A DNA stretch of 64,000 nucleotides from an uncultured bacterium (GTDB lineage: Bacteria; Verrucomicrobiota; Verrucomicrobiia; Limisphaerales; UBA8199): positions 672,001 through 736,000 of the forward strand of contig CAVVMW010000021.1 in NCBI GenBank assembly GCA_963749495.1, given 5' to 3'. The notes under the pieces are model-generated. The model worked only from the letters and a program-made list of their open reading frames with translations, made no database searches and was not told the origin of the DNA. The first letter of the stretch is position 1. The number at the start of each line of letters is the position of its first letter. A program made the position numbers and the translations under genes. This document shows positions 23,344 to 32,396 of this stretch, in pieces.

Positions 23344-26300
23344 GGCAGTAGGATTGGTCAGCGAGACGAACAATTGGCCCGCCCAGTGCAAGGGGACCAA
23401 GAATGCCCTCTCAGGCACGGACGCGATGTCTATTTCAGCCTCCAGCAGCCCCAGATCAAATGTTCCTGCCTCCTGACCAGAGACGGGTTCGGGTATGGTG
23501 ATTGCCTTCGTCAGCGTGCCGAGGGCCTCGTAGGAGCCGCCAAATCCCATAGCCGGCTTGCCTGGATCCGAGAGCCGGATCTTCAGCTCGTAGGTGCCGG
23601 GCTCAACATCGTCTATTTTGAAGGAGCCATCCTTGTCGAAGACCAGCACATAGCTCCGTCGGTTGCGCTGTGCCTCCCGGCCTGCCTCGGACTGCCAAAA
23701 GGCCATTTTCGCATCTAACCACGCCTTCCTGGCAGCCTGGAACTCGGCGGCGGAGGCGAATGCTCCCGGTTCGGGCGCCGCAGGAACACCTGCCGGTTTG
23801 GTCTCTAGTGTCTGAACGTCCAATTGCCAATTGATTTGCTGCGCGGGCCTGCCACCGCCGAGCATGAGCTTCCCGACCACTTTGCACCCCGTTCCTCCCA
23901 GCGTTACAAAAGTCGTTTGGCCGGCCTGAACTTGGAATTGCCTCATCTGGCTTTGGGGAATCGTCCCCGCTTGACCATCGCGGAAGCTCAACCGATGGGA
24001 GATTTGCAGCGTCAAAGGTGGCACGCCCTCGAAGGCAAATCGGCCTTCCGCATCGGTCTTGCCCTGCAGGAAAACCGAATAGCCGGTGCGTTCTCCATAA
24101 AGCGACAGGAGCGCCAAGCCAATGGTCTCATTGGCGCCGGGCTGGCTTCCAATCTTCAAGACACCCTCCACCCGCCCCCAGGGCAGCAGGGTGACAACAG
24201 GCGAGGCCGCGAGCGCTTTGGGCGTAGCGGAGGCAAAACCTGCCGGGCTGAAGACCACTATGTTCGTCGCCCCCGACGTGGGCGGGAATGAAAACCAGCC
24301 TTGCGCATCCGTCTCCTGACGATCTGCCCCGGAGAATTTCAGATCGAACTGGCCGGGCAATTTCATATAAACCCATTTCTTGTCCGTCATCAACATGGCC
24401 ACGGCCCCGGCCACGGGCCTCCCGTCGGGCAGACGCACCTGGCCGCTTAAAGGGGAGGCCGGTTCGAGCCGGAAGTCGAACCGGGAATCATTGGTCATGG
24501 CACCTCGGCCGCTCACTTCGGATGGGCAATAGCCCTCCGCGCGGACTTCCAGCGTGTATGTTGCAAGGACATCGTGGTTGGTGAATGCGAACTGCCCGGA
24601 ATTGCCAGAGGCTCGAAGCCGTAAAGGGCGGGGTGCAGTCATCGGCTTGCCGTAACCGGTATGGATGTTCTCGGTGAACGACATCCAGACCTCGAAATGA
24701 CCAAGCGGTTTGCCGCTGGCGTCGTCAACCGCTGTGCCAAAAATGCGCACCGGAGGTGGAATGGTGCGCAGTGTGACCAGGTGTTCGGCGCCATCCGCGG
24801 CCCACTGGACCTCGGGCAGCGGTTGGTAACCGCGCGCATCAACCACGTAGAACTCCGGTTTCGGAGGCGCGGAAAGCCATTCAAATCTCCCGTCCGCGTC
24901 TGTGGTGGCGGTCCACTCGAACCGTTTCGCGTTCGAGTGGCTGCAAACTTGGACGGTGGCTTTGGGGACGGGTCTGCCACTCTCGTCCACAACACGGCCA
25001 CGCAACACGGCGCCACGGGACAGCGTGAAGCGCGATTCCGCCGGCGGAACGGGCCCGTTGAATCTGAAATCCTCGGGACTGTATCCCTCAGCCTGAACGG
25101 TGAGAAAAGAGATCGTGCTCTCGGGAGGCGCCCAGCGCGGTTCCGAAGAGATGTTCGCAAAGCGAAAGCGGCCATCGGGTCCGGTCCATTGGCTTGCGGT
25201 CGGCTCTGCCCAGTCGCAGTTGGAAGTGACCTTTGCCCCGCCAACCAGGCTTCCCAGTTCATCCACCACCATCCCCGCAGCCACGGCGCCATGCCGTAAC
25301 AGCATGACCGCAGTCTCGTTGCGGAGGTCGGCTTCCGCCAGGTAGATCGTGCCGTTGTTGGTCGCGGGACCCAGCGCCCCCGCCCCAAACCTGACCGGCG
25401 CATAGTCAGGATGCGCAACCTGGAAGTCGATTATCCCGAACTGCTGGGGCACATGACTGCAATGCCATCGGCCCTGGCTGTCGGTGAGCTCCACGTGATA
25501 GCGGCTCGTCATGGTGAGGCGTTCCCGATCCAGGGACTCGGCGGGTGCCCGGTATTTGGGAACGTCAAAGACCACCCTGGCGCCAGGAACCGGCTCAAAG
25601 GCCTCATTGATCACCACGGCGCCGATATTGACCGCCGGGGTCAGTTTGGTCGCGTATTCGGTGGGGATGTCCCTGGGGTCGTCTCCTTGCCGTTCCGACC
25701 AACTCACGTATTTGGGCACATACCCGTCCCGAAAGACCTCGATGCGGCAGTCCCAATCCCGCGCGGGAGTGCGGTCGATAGCGAGCAGGGCGGTCCCTTG
25801 CTGGTCAGTCGCCGTAGTGTTTGTCGCATGGTTGGGGAAATCGGTGGTCCAGACCAGCGTCAGCCGGGCCTTGGCGACAGGTCTTTGGGTTTCGGAATCC
25901 ACGACACGAAACCGCAGCCCCTCGAGCCTGGCGGGGCCGGTTCTTGGTTCGTCGGCTGGACCGTTCACGTCTGCCCTGGATTTGGCTGCCACCACAAAGC
26001 CGGCGGAGGCTGCGGGGCTTGCGATGGCGGCCGCCCGAGGCCTGCTTCGGTTGAGCCCGAGCGCCGCCAGCCAGATCACCACCGCCATCAAAACGATGGA
26101 TGTCCCCTGGAGCGCGAGGTTCCTGAGCCGGGCGGCTGCCCAAGCCGCGAGCGTTAGGTCCGCCAAGGAGGAAATGAGGCCGGCTCCAGCCGCCCCTGCG
26201 ACCACCGCGCTAGAGACCGCGCCAGCCAGTCCCTCAGGGGCGGCCTGGACGGCGTGGGCGCTCATGGCCCCGGCGACGAGCGCCCCTGGCAGCACAACCC

Positions 26301-26820
26301 CGCGCTTCATGAACCTGGACCGCAGTTTCTCCACCGCCCGGGCAACGCGTTTCTGGGCGTTGTCCTCTGTGGTGCCGATGGCGTCAGCGATTTCCTTGAA
26401 GCTCTTTTGCTCAAAGAAGCGCAGAGCGACGGCGTTCCGATCCCGCTCACTCAGGCTAAAGAGGGCTTCGTCCAGAAGAGGAGCGATTCCTTTCCAGGCA
26501 GCCTCTGTTTCGGAGGCATAGAGGCTCATGGCTTGTTGTTCGAGGTTCCGCCGGTGCAATTCCCTGCGCCGGGCGTTCAGGGCAACAAAGCGCGTCGTGC
26601 GGAGCAGCCAACCGGAGAGGATCGCGTCGGCTCGGAAGCCCGCGGCTTTGCGGGCCAGGATGATGAAGACCGCCTGAGTAATCTCCTCAGCGCCGGCGTG
26701 GTCGCCCGTTTGGCGAAGGGCGGCTGAATAAACCAGGCTGGTGTATCGGTTTGCCAAAGTCCCGAAGGCCTCTTCCGAGTTCCGCACCGCGTATTCCTGC
26801 AATAACTCGAGGTCGGTCAT
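23197..26820 (-). CDS. ECF sigma factor fused through a TM helix to carboxypeptidase-regulatory-like beta-sandwich repeats
   Basis: MTDLELLQEY..VYSAALR..AVFIILARKA..AQKRVARA; repeated GRVVD..PV.GA..TD.DGRF; C-terminus uncertain. Confidence 0.85.
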   Translation of the reverse strand: MTDLELLQEYAVRNSEEAFGTLANRYTSLVYSAALRQTGDHAGAEEITQAVFIILARKAAGFRADAILSGWLLRTTRFVALNARRRELHRRNLEQQAMSLYASETEAAWKGIAPLLDEALFSLSERDRNAVALRFFEQKSFKEIADAIGTTEDNAQKRVARAVEKLRSRFMKRGVVLPGALVAGAMSAHAVQAAPEGLAGAVSSAVVAGAAGAGLISSLADLTLAAWAAARLRNLALQGTSIVLMAVVIWLAALGLNRSRPRAAAIASPAASAGFVVAAKSRADVNGPADEPRTGPARLEGLRFRVVDSETQRPVAKARLTLVWTTDFPNHATNTTATDQQGTALLAIDRTPARDWDCRIEVFRDGYVPKYVSWSERQGDDPRDIPTEYATKLTPAVNIGAVVINEAFEPVPGARVVFDVPKYRAPAESLDRERLTMTSRYHVELTDSQGRWHCSHVPQQFGIIDFQVAHPDYAPVRFGAGALGPATNNGTIYLAEADLRNETAVMLLRHGAVAAGMVVDELGSLVGGAKVTSNCDWAEPTASQWTGPDGRFRFANISSEPRWAPPESTISFLTVQAEGYSPEDFRFNGPVPPAESRFTLSRGAVLRGRVVDESGRPVPKATVQVCSHSNAKRFEWTATTDADGRFEWLSAPPKPEFYVVDARGYQPLPEVQWAADGAEHLVTLRTIPPPVRIFGTAVDDASGKPLGHFEVWMSFTENIHTGYGKPMTAPRPLRLRASGNSGQFAFTNHDVLATYTLEVRAEGYCPSEVSGRGAMTNDSRFDFRLEPASPLSGQVRLPDGRPVAGAVAMLMTDKKWVYMKLPGQFDLKFSGADRQETDAQGWFSFPPTSGATNIVVFSPAGFASATPKALAASPVVTLLPWGRVEGVLKIGSQPGANETIGLALLSLYGERTGYSVFLQGKTDAEGRFAFEGVPPLTLQISHRLSFRDGQAGTIPQSQMRQFQVQAGQTTFVTLGGTGCKVVGKLMLGGGRPAQQINWQLDVQTLETKPAGVPAAPEPGAFASAAEFQAARKAWLDAKMAFWQSEAGREAQRNRRSYVLVFDKDGSFKIDDVEPGTYELKIRLSDPGKPAMGFGGSYEALGTLTKAITIPEPVSGQEAGTFDLGLLEAEIDIASVPERAFLVPLHWAGQLFVSLTNPTALSDQNLLNLGKRVAQVIRIAKWTATFRAPGSFPGAPRPHLGQPPAQTG

Positions 26821-26934
26821 AGATTGAGTCTTCCACCTGTATAATGTCTCGACCCGGGCAGAATCCGACAACGAATTATACGAAATGGATGGCATCAGTG
26901 TCTATCTGATGAACAAACCCGAACTCCAACGAAT

Positions 26935-28263
26935 GTGAGCGCCAACGAACAGCCCGAGGGTGGCACGGGATCTCGCGGCAGCACGGAGTCGCTGCCTCCG
27001 GAGCTCAAGTCCTTTGCAGCCAGGCAAGAAGCCCGCGCCAAGGAATTGGCCGCCAGGCACAATGCGGGTCTGCCCACGGTGGTCTGGGCCTATTTTGATG
27101 CCGCCAAGCAACGCAACTGGCCTGAGATCTCGCGCCTGGGCGACGAACTCCGCGAGCTGGCTCTTCCACCGGGGATGCCCAGGCCCGACCCGGCCGTGGT
27201 TTCCCAAGTCTGGGCGGCAATAATGGAGATCTGGATGGCGGCGGCCCAATTCGCGCTGGCGGAGCCTCAATACGCCCTCGCCTTCGGACGAGGCCTGATC
27301 GAGTCGATCCGGCCAGGAAGCATCTTCTTTGCGGGGACGGATGCGGGACGCGGATTGGCCACCGTCCTGTGCCGTTCGCACGAGACCGGCGACCCGTTCT
27401 TCACCCTCACGCAAAACGCGCTGGCGGATCGGACTTATCTTCGTTACCTGCGGGAGATCTACAGTGGCAGCATATTCATCCCGTCGGACGACGACTTGCA
27501 GCACGCTACCGACGAATACCTCCGGGGCCTGGACCGCCGGGAGAAGGAAAACCAACTCAAACCCGGCGAAATGGTGCAGCGGGTGGATGGCACGGTCCAA
27601 CTCACCGGACAGATTTCGGTCATGGCCATTAACGGTGCGATGGCGAGACTCATCTTTGAGCGGAACCCCGGGCGGGAATTCTTCGTGGAAGAGAGCTTCC
27701 CGTTGGAATGGATGTATCCGCACCTGCTTCCCCACGGCTTCATCCTGGCCATTGCTCGCGAGCCGCTGCCCGCGATTCCGCCCGAACAGGTCGAGAAGGA
27801 TCGCCGGTTTTGGCGGGAGCGGCTCGGCCAAATGCTCGGGGATTGGCTCCAGCCGGAAACGTCCGTGGCGGAAATCTGCGCGTTCGCCGAACGAGTGTTC
27901 TTGCGCAAGGACCTGACTGGGTTCGAGGGCGATCCGAGATACGTCGCCAACGAGCACACTTGCAGGGCATTTTCTAAACTGCGGAGTTCAATCGGAGGCG
28001 TTTATTATTGGCGTGCAAAGGTGGATCCGAACACGCCGGACAAGCCCTCTATGGCTGAGGCTGCGGACTTTGCCTTTCGCCAGGCGCTCGCGTTGTGCCC
28101 TTCCAGCGCGGAAGCCGTCTTCCGCTACGCCAGCCTCCTGCTGGCAGAACGCCGGCTCGCCGAGGCACTGCAACTCGCGGGAACCGCGTCAAAGCTGGAC
28201 CCCGAAAACTGTCAATTGCGGGATTTGGCAGGACATATCCGCGGCAACGGACAGGAACACTGA
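26935..28263 (+). CDS. Hypothetical protein with C-terminal TPR-like helices
   Basis: 442-aa ORF; AFRQALALCP..EAVFRYA. Confidence 0.7.
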   Translation: MSANEQPEGGTGSRGSTESLPPELKSFAARQEARAKELAARHNAGLPTVVWAYFDAAKQRNWPEISRLGDELRELALPPGMPRPDPAVVSQVWAAIMEIWMAAAQFALAEPQYALAFGRGLIESIRPGSIFFAGTDAGRGLATVLCRSHETGDPFFTLTQNALADRTYLRYLREIYSGSIFIPSDDDLQHATDEYLRGLDRREKENQLKPGEMVQRVDGTVQLTGQISVMAINGAMARLIFERNPGREFFVEESFPLEWMYPHLLPHGFILAIAREPLPAIPPEQVEKDRRFWRERLGQMLGDWLQPETSVAEICAFAERVFLRKDLTGFEGDPRYVANEHTCRAFSKLRSSIGGVYYWRAKVDPNTPDKPSMAEAADFAFRQALALCPSSAEAVFRYASLLLAERRLAEALQLAGTASKLDPENCQLRDLAGHIRGNGQEH

Positions 28264-28436
28264 CCCGTTTATCGAGGGTGCCGTTCGGGAGGGGAGAAAA
28301 CCCCTGCTCGCCCGGGCCTCCATGGAGTGGCAGGGCCTTCGGAGGGACCCAGCCCGGCCAAGTCGGATCGGGCGCTGAAGGTCACATCGCCTTTGAGCTG
28401 GGTGGATACTCGCCATGAGTATGCGCAGTTGCCGCC

Positions 28437-29766
28437 TCAGCCAAACTCGAATTGGCCTTCGCCCACCAATTTGTTCCCCTGCCGAATCGCCAACCGTGGC
28501 GGGTCCTTTTCATCGTGGAAGGCCAGATGAAAGCCGAGACCAGCGGCATTCACCAATCGATACGAGAGCGAGACGGAATCCCCGTCGGCTTGGCCCACTT
28601 CGACCATCTGCCGCAGCGGAGCGCCGGCGTTGAAAATAGCCGCGTTGACTTCGGTAACGGCCAGCCGGTTGGTGCCGAGCCCGATGGCGGTGTTGGTGGC
28701 TCCGTCGCATTGCAGCCGCACGATCTGCCGTGCGTAAACGCCCACCGGCACCCGCACCTCGCCGGCAGGCGCATCAATCACGGCGGTGAATGGGTCTGCC
28801 GAGCCACAGCCGTCCAGCACAAGGCACCGGATGAAGTCGCCTTCCACCCGCACCCGCCCCAGCACCGCCGAGACCGGCTCGAAGCTCAGCGCCAGGTCCG
28901 CGGGAGCACCGTGGCCCGCCTGGACCCGGCAGCGCACGCGGTAGGCCTGATCCTGAAAGAAGAGCCTGGCCGGAAGGTTGAAAGCGTCAAACACTTCGGC
29001 ATTGCCGGCATAACGATAGGGGAACGTGACCAGCTTGACATGGCTCAGGCTCTCCACATAACGCTGGGTCGCGTGCCACCACAGGAACGGTTTGTCCTTC
29101 TCCGCCCAAGGCCGCAAGATGAGCCGGCTGTTGATCTCTTTGAGCGAGGCGGCGGGCCCGAGCCGGCCATCTGGCTTGCCGATGACTGCCGCATACCATT
29201 TTCTGCCGCTGAGTTCCACAGCCCCCTCCCATAGCGAGCGGACATAGAGGAACACCCGTGGAGTCCCGCCCTGATCGAAGACGTGCGCATCCACTCGCAC
29301 CTGATACGAGCCCTCTGGGGAGGGGAATTCCAGCCGCAATCCACGGTAGAACTGGACCCCGCTGCCCGTGCCGACAAATACGCCGGCCGGATCATCGGTG
29401 AGGTCGCGATTCCGGTTGAGATCCAGGTAAAGACGTTGCGCAGGGGTGTCCCAAGCGAACGGCAGGAACAGGTTGGTGTCCAGTCCCAGGCGGAAGCGTC
29501 CCCGGAAGACACCTGCACGGGACAACGCCGGCTCTTTCGTGAACCGTTCACCGCCTTCCACCTTGATTTCCCATGCCAACGGCGAAAAACCGACCTCGCG
29601 GTATTGCAGATGCGCAATCACTGCGAGCGGCGCAGGCTCAGCCCCCTGGCCGGAGAAGCCCAGGAACAGCACGAATGCAGCGAAGACGGATAAGAACCTG
29701 CCTTTCGACCCTGCGCCGGGCTGCGGCGTTCCGCCAGGAATGGAGATGTGGTCTTTCGTGCGGGTC
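28437..29766 (-). CDS. Secreted hypothetical protein (start uncertain)
   Basis: Internal signal-like FLSVFAAFVLFLG; DLNRNRDLTDD motif. Confidence 0.6.
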
Positions 29767-29959
29767 ATTCCAGGCCGCACGGTGGCAGAAGGCCATGAGA
29801 GCGTCAAGGCTGCTCTACTTGTGTGCCCGCTGGACGACGAGCATTTCAATCGGCATGTTGGTTTCAACGAGTTCAAGGCCGAGCTGATCATATAGGGCAT
29901 CTCGACCATGATTATCGGGATTGTGAGATTGCCTCGGTGGCACAGGGGTTTTCTTGGGG

Positions 29960-30284
29960 TCGAAGGCCCCGGTTTCTGGATCAGTTGCTCGTGTAGTAAG
30001 GTCCGCGCTTCATCTCTCGTTTTGATTGACGTAGCCAAATCGATCGCCCGAAACAGACCTTTTTCGTCCCGACCAAGGATCGTCCAGGCCCAATCTTGAT
30101 CCTCTAAGTGCAACAGGACGATTCCCAAAACGCGCTCGTCCTCGTTCGCATACCACTCAACTTGCTTAAAGAAATACGGAGTATATGGGGTTCTGGAGTA
30201 ACAGAGCGCCTCGAAGCGCATTTGCGTTATCTGCTTCACGTTCACTGCTTCGAACGAGAATTTACTTTGTCGGTCCGTTTTCAC
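29960..30284 (-). pseudogene. 5' fragment of an unrelated hypothetical gene, in frame with the downstream ORF
   Basis: Lower-GC segment; GGAGAAG upstream; composition changes near 29960. Confidence 0.4.
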
Positions 30285-30335
30285 GAGCTTTTTTTGGCGG
30301 GGAGGAAGCGGAATAAGCCACTTCCTCCCTTTGTT

Positions 30336-30920
30336 TCACTCATTGAGGAACAGTCTCCATTCGGCGACACCGTGTGCGTTGCGGATGAGCGCCGTCACCG
30401 GCATCTCCTTCGCTGCGCGCGGGACGGTGAGCAGCTTGAGGCCAGCTTCGTGCGGCAGGCGGTTGCCCTTGCGGGCGTTCACGTCCTTGCTCGACCACAC
30501 GAGGTTTTCCCACGTGTCTTTGCCGCCACGCGAACGCGGCAGAACGTGGTCGAGGCTGCCTTCGTCGGGGCGCAGCGCACGGCCGGTGTATTGGCAGCGG
30601 TTGCCGTCGCGATCACGAATCGTGCGGGCGCAGAGCTTCGGGCGCTTCCTCGGCACCTTGGCGAAGTTCACGGCCACAATGACCGCCGGCACGCGGATCG
30701 GGCCGCGCACGGTCTGCACCGCGTTGTCCTGGGGACGAATCGGCAGCGTGATCCACTCGTCCCACGTCACGGGGCGGATGTGGTTCTCGCCTTCGATCTC
30801 CAGGCCGGTCGCAACGTTCGTTGCCATTTGGCAAAACGCTTCCTGGGGCGTGCGAATGTTGATCGCCTGCCAGTTGCGATTCAGCACCAGCACAATCAAC
30901 TTGTTCAGCATTTCGTTCAT
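30336..30920 (-). CDS. HNH endonuclease (McrA/HNH_5-like), tRNA-array associated
   Basis: VLVLNRNW, IRDRDGNRCQY, LDHVLPRSRGG..WENLV..N..KGN. Confidence 0.92.
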   Translation of the reverse strand: MNEMLNKLIVLVLNRNWQAINIRTPQEAFCQMATNVATGLEIEGENHIRPVTWDEWITLPIRPQDNAVQTVRGPIRVPAVIVAVNFAKVPRKRPKLCARTIRDRDGNRCQYTGRALRPDEGSLDHVLPRSRGGKDTWENLVWSSKDVNARKGNRLPHEAGLKLLTVPRAAKEMPVTALIRNAHGVAEWRLFLNE

Positions 30921-30956
30921 AAAATGTCCACACACGGGCATATCGCTTCTCGCGCT

Positions 30957-30976
30957 GAGGTGTTTGTTCTTTGTTG
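30957..30976. repeat. Distal arm of the 20-bp inverted repeat bracketing the tRNA array
   Basis: gaggtgtttgttctttgttg, exact reverse complement of 36356-36375. Confidence 0.95.
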
Positions 30977-30995
30977 GGGGCTGGTGCCCGGAAAT

Positions 30996-31086
30996 TGGCT
31001 GCCTCGCCTGGTTTTGCTCCAAGGTGCTTGCGCACGGCCACCGCCGGTTTCAGAGACCGGCGCGCTCCTGATTACGCCACGAGGCA
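30996..31086 (-). tRNA. tRNA-Gln(CUG) with extra hairpin in the variable region
   Basis: Acceptor TGCCTCG/CGAGGCA-GCCA; ccggt-ctCTGaa-accgg; extra gtgc-gcaa-gcac. Confidence 0.8.
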
Positions 31087-31191
31087 TTCGAATGCGGAAT
31101 GCGGAATGCGGAGCGCGGAATGAGAAAAGGAGCGGACCTGGCCTTTCGCCCGCCCATTCCGCACTCCGCACTCATCACTCCGCACTTAAAG

Positions 31192-31265
31192 TGGTCGCCC
31201 GGGAAGGTTCTGCCCCTCCGATTTCTGGGTGTAGGCCAGACGTGATCCTATTTCACCACCGAGCG
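31192..31265 (-). tRNA. tRNA-Val(UAC), atypical
   Basis: CGCTCGG/CCGGGCG-ACCA; tctgg-ccTACac-ccaga. Confidence 0.8.
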
Positions 31266-31375
31266 TTTCGGATGCGGAACTCAGAATGGGGAGTGCCGGA
31301 GTGCCGGACGAACCGAAAGCCTCTCGGGCGCGCGTCGCCATTCCGCACTCTGCGCTCAACACTCTGCACTCGGAA

Positions 31376-31449
31376 TGGCTGCCTCGCTTGGATTCGCACC
31401 AAGACCGTCGGGGTCAAAGCCCGGCATGCTGCTGTTACACCACGAGGCA
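31376..31449 (-). tRNA. tRNA-Gln(UUG)
   Basis: TGCCTCG/CGAGGCA-GCCA; loop ctTTGac; T-loop TGCGAAT. Confidence 0.88.
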
Positions 31450-31558
31450 ATGGGTTGGCCTGCCGAGCCGAAGCCGAACAGGTGATTCCCATGCCCGCCT
31501 ACGCGCTTCGCGCTTCGGCGCGGCAGCCTTCGCCGCCCGCTGCGCAGGCGGCGAAGGC

Positions 31559-31635
31559 TGGTGGAGCCGGAGGTAGTTGCAACCTCACCAAACCGGATTA
31601 AAAGGCCGGTGCCGGTCTTCTGTGGCTTCGGCTCC
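31559..31635 (-). tRNA. tRNA-Lys(UUU), atypical
   Basis: GGAGCCG/CGGCTCC-ACCA; loop ctTTTaa. Confidence 0.8.
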
Positions 31636-31642
31636 TTGAAAT

Positions 31643-31719
31643 TGGTGCCCGCGGCAGGATTTGCACCCGCACTGGCGACGCTCTCGAACGTCGTGTCTCT
31701 TCTGTTGGACTACGCGAGC
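31643..31719 (-). tRNA. tRNA-Leu(GAG)-like with 8-nt anticodon loop and short variable arm
   Basis: Body paralogous to Leu(CAA) at 34627; cgacg-TTCGAGAG-cgtcg. Confidence 0.7.
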
Positions 31720-31727
31720 ATTGGGAA

Positions 31728-31799
31728 TGGAGCCTCCAGCCGGTGCTGCCGCGGCACGATTTTCTCACAGAGAACATCCGCAGGCTGCTGCCTGGAGGC
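31728..31799 (-). tRNA. Degenerate tRNA-like gene, anticodon undetermined
   Basis: Perfect acceptor GCCTCCA/TGGAGGC-TCCA; aberrant D, anticodon and T arms. Confidence 0.5.
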
Positions 31800-31837
31800 G
31801 AAATCGCCTGCCGAGCCGTCGCGCTCAGTGCGAAGGC

Positions 31838-31900
31838 TGGTCGCAGTCCCCAGTGCTGCCCTGGGCACGGCGGGCGTATGAAGCCTGCCTGAGCGCTGGC
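31838..31900 (-). pseudogene. tRNA(CAU) (Met/Ile2-type) remnant lacking the 5' acceptor strand
   Basis: caggc-ttCATac-gcccg, T arm, GACTGCG-ACCA. Confidence 0.6.
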
Positions 31901-32151
31901 CCTTTCAAGTGCAAAGTGGAGAATGCAAAGTGCGGAATGCACCGGGCGCGGGCGTAGCGATGATAATTCTGCACTCCGAAATAGCGCCTTCGTCTCGGCC
32001 TTGGCACAGCCGCATTACTGTTGAGGCACACCCGCAGAATTGGTGTCCCCAGCCAACCAAATGCAGAACGCAGAACGCAGAGTGCAGAATGGGGAATGAT
32101 GAAGCACGCACCGGCTCATTCTTCATTCTGCATTCATCATTCTGAATTAAA

Positions 32152-32256
32152 ATCGCCCCTGGCCGGTCTCTTCCACCGGCTCACACCCAGCGCTTTCCAA
32201 AGTCGCAAAGGATGTGAAAGGGCTGGGCCGCTCGAGCTACTTCGTGGTCAGGCGCT
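32152..32256 (-). ncRNA. tRNA-like structured RNA with extended central arm
   Basis: cccagc/gctggg plus ctttc/gaaag stem, gccgg/ccggc T-like arm, closing cgcctg/caggggcg; no CCA. Confidence 0.4.
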
Positions 32257-32326
32257 CGAAATGGCCTGCCAACCCGTAGCCGACAGGCGAAGGCTGGCCC
32301 GCCAAGCCGTAGCGTTATGCGAAGGC

Positions 32327-32396
32327 TGGTGCGCGCGTCCGGTAACGCTCCGGATCCAGGCACTCATCTAGTGCGATCCCGCTTATAAGGCGGACG
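32327..32396 (-). pseudogene. tRNA-Ile(UAU) 3' part (long variable arm)
   Basis: tccgc-ctTATaa-gcggg, long variable arm, CGCGCGC-ACCA. Confidence 0.85.

Noticed and set aside
30108..31601. 497-aa plus-strand ORF
   Set aside because: Antisense to the HNH gene and tRNAs; translates repeats
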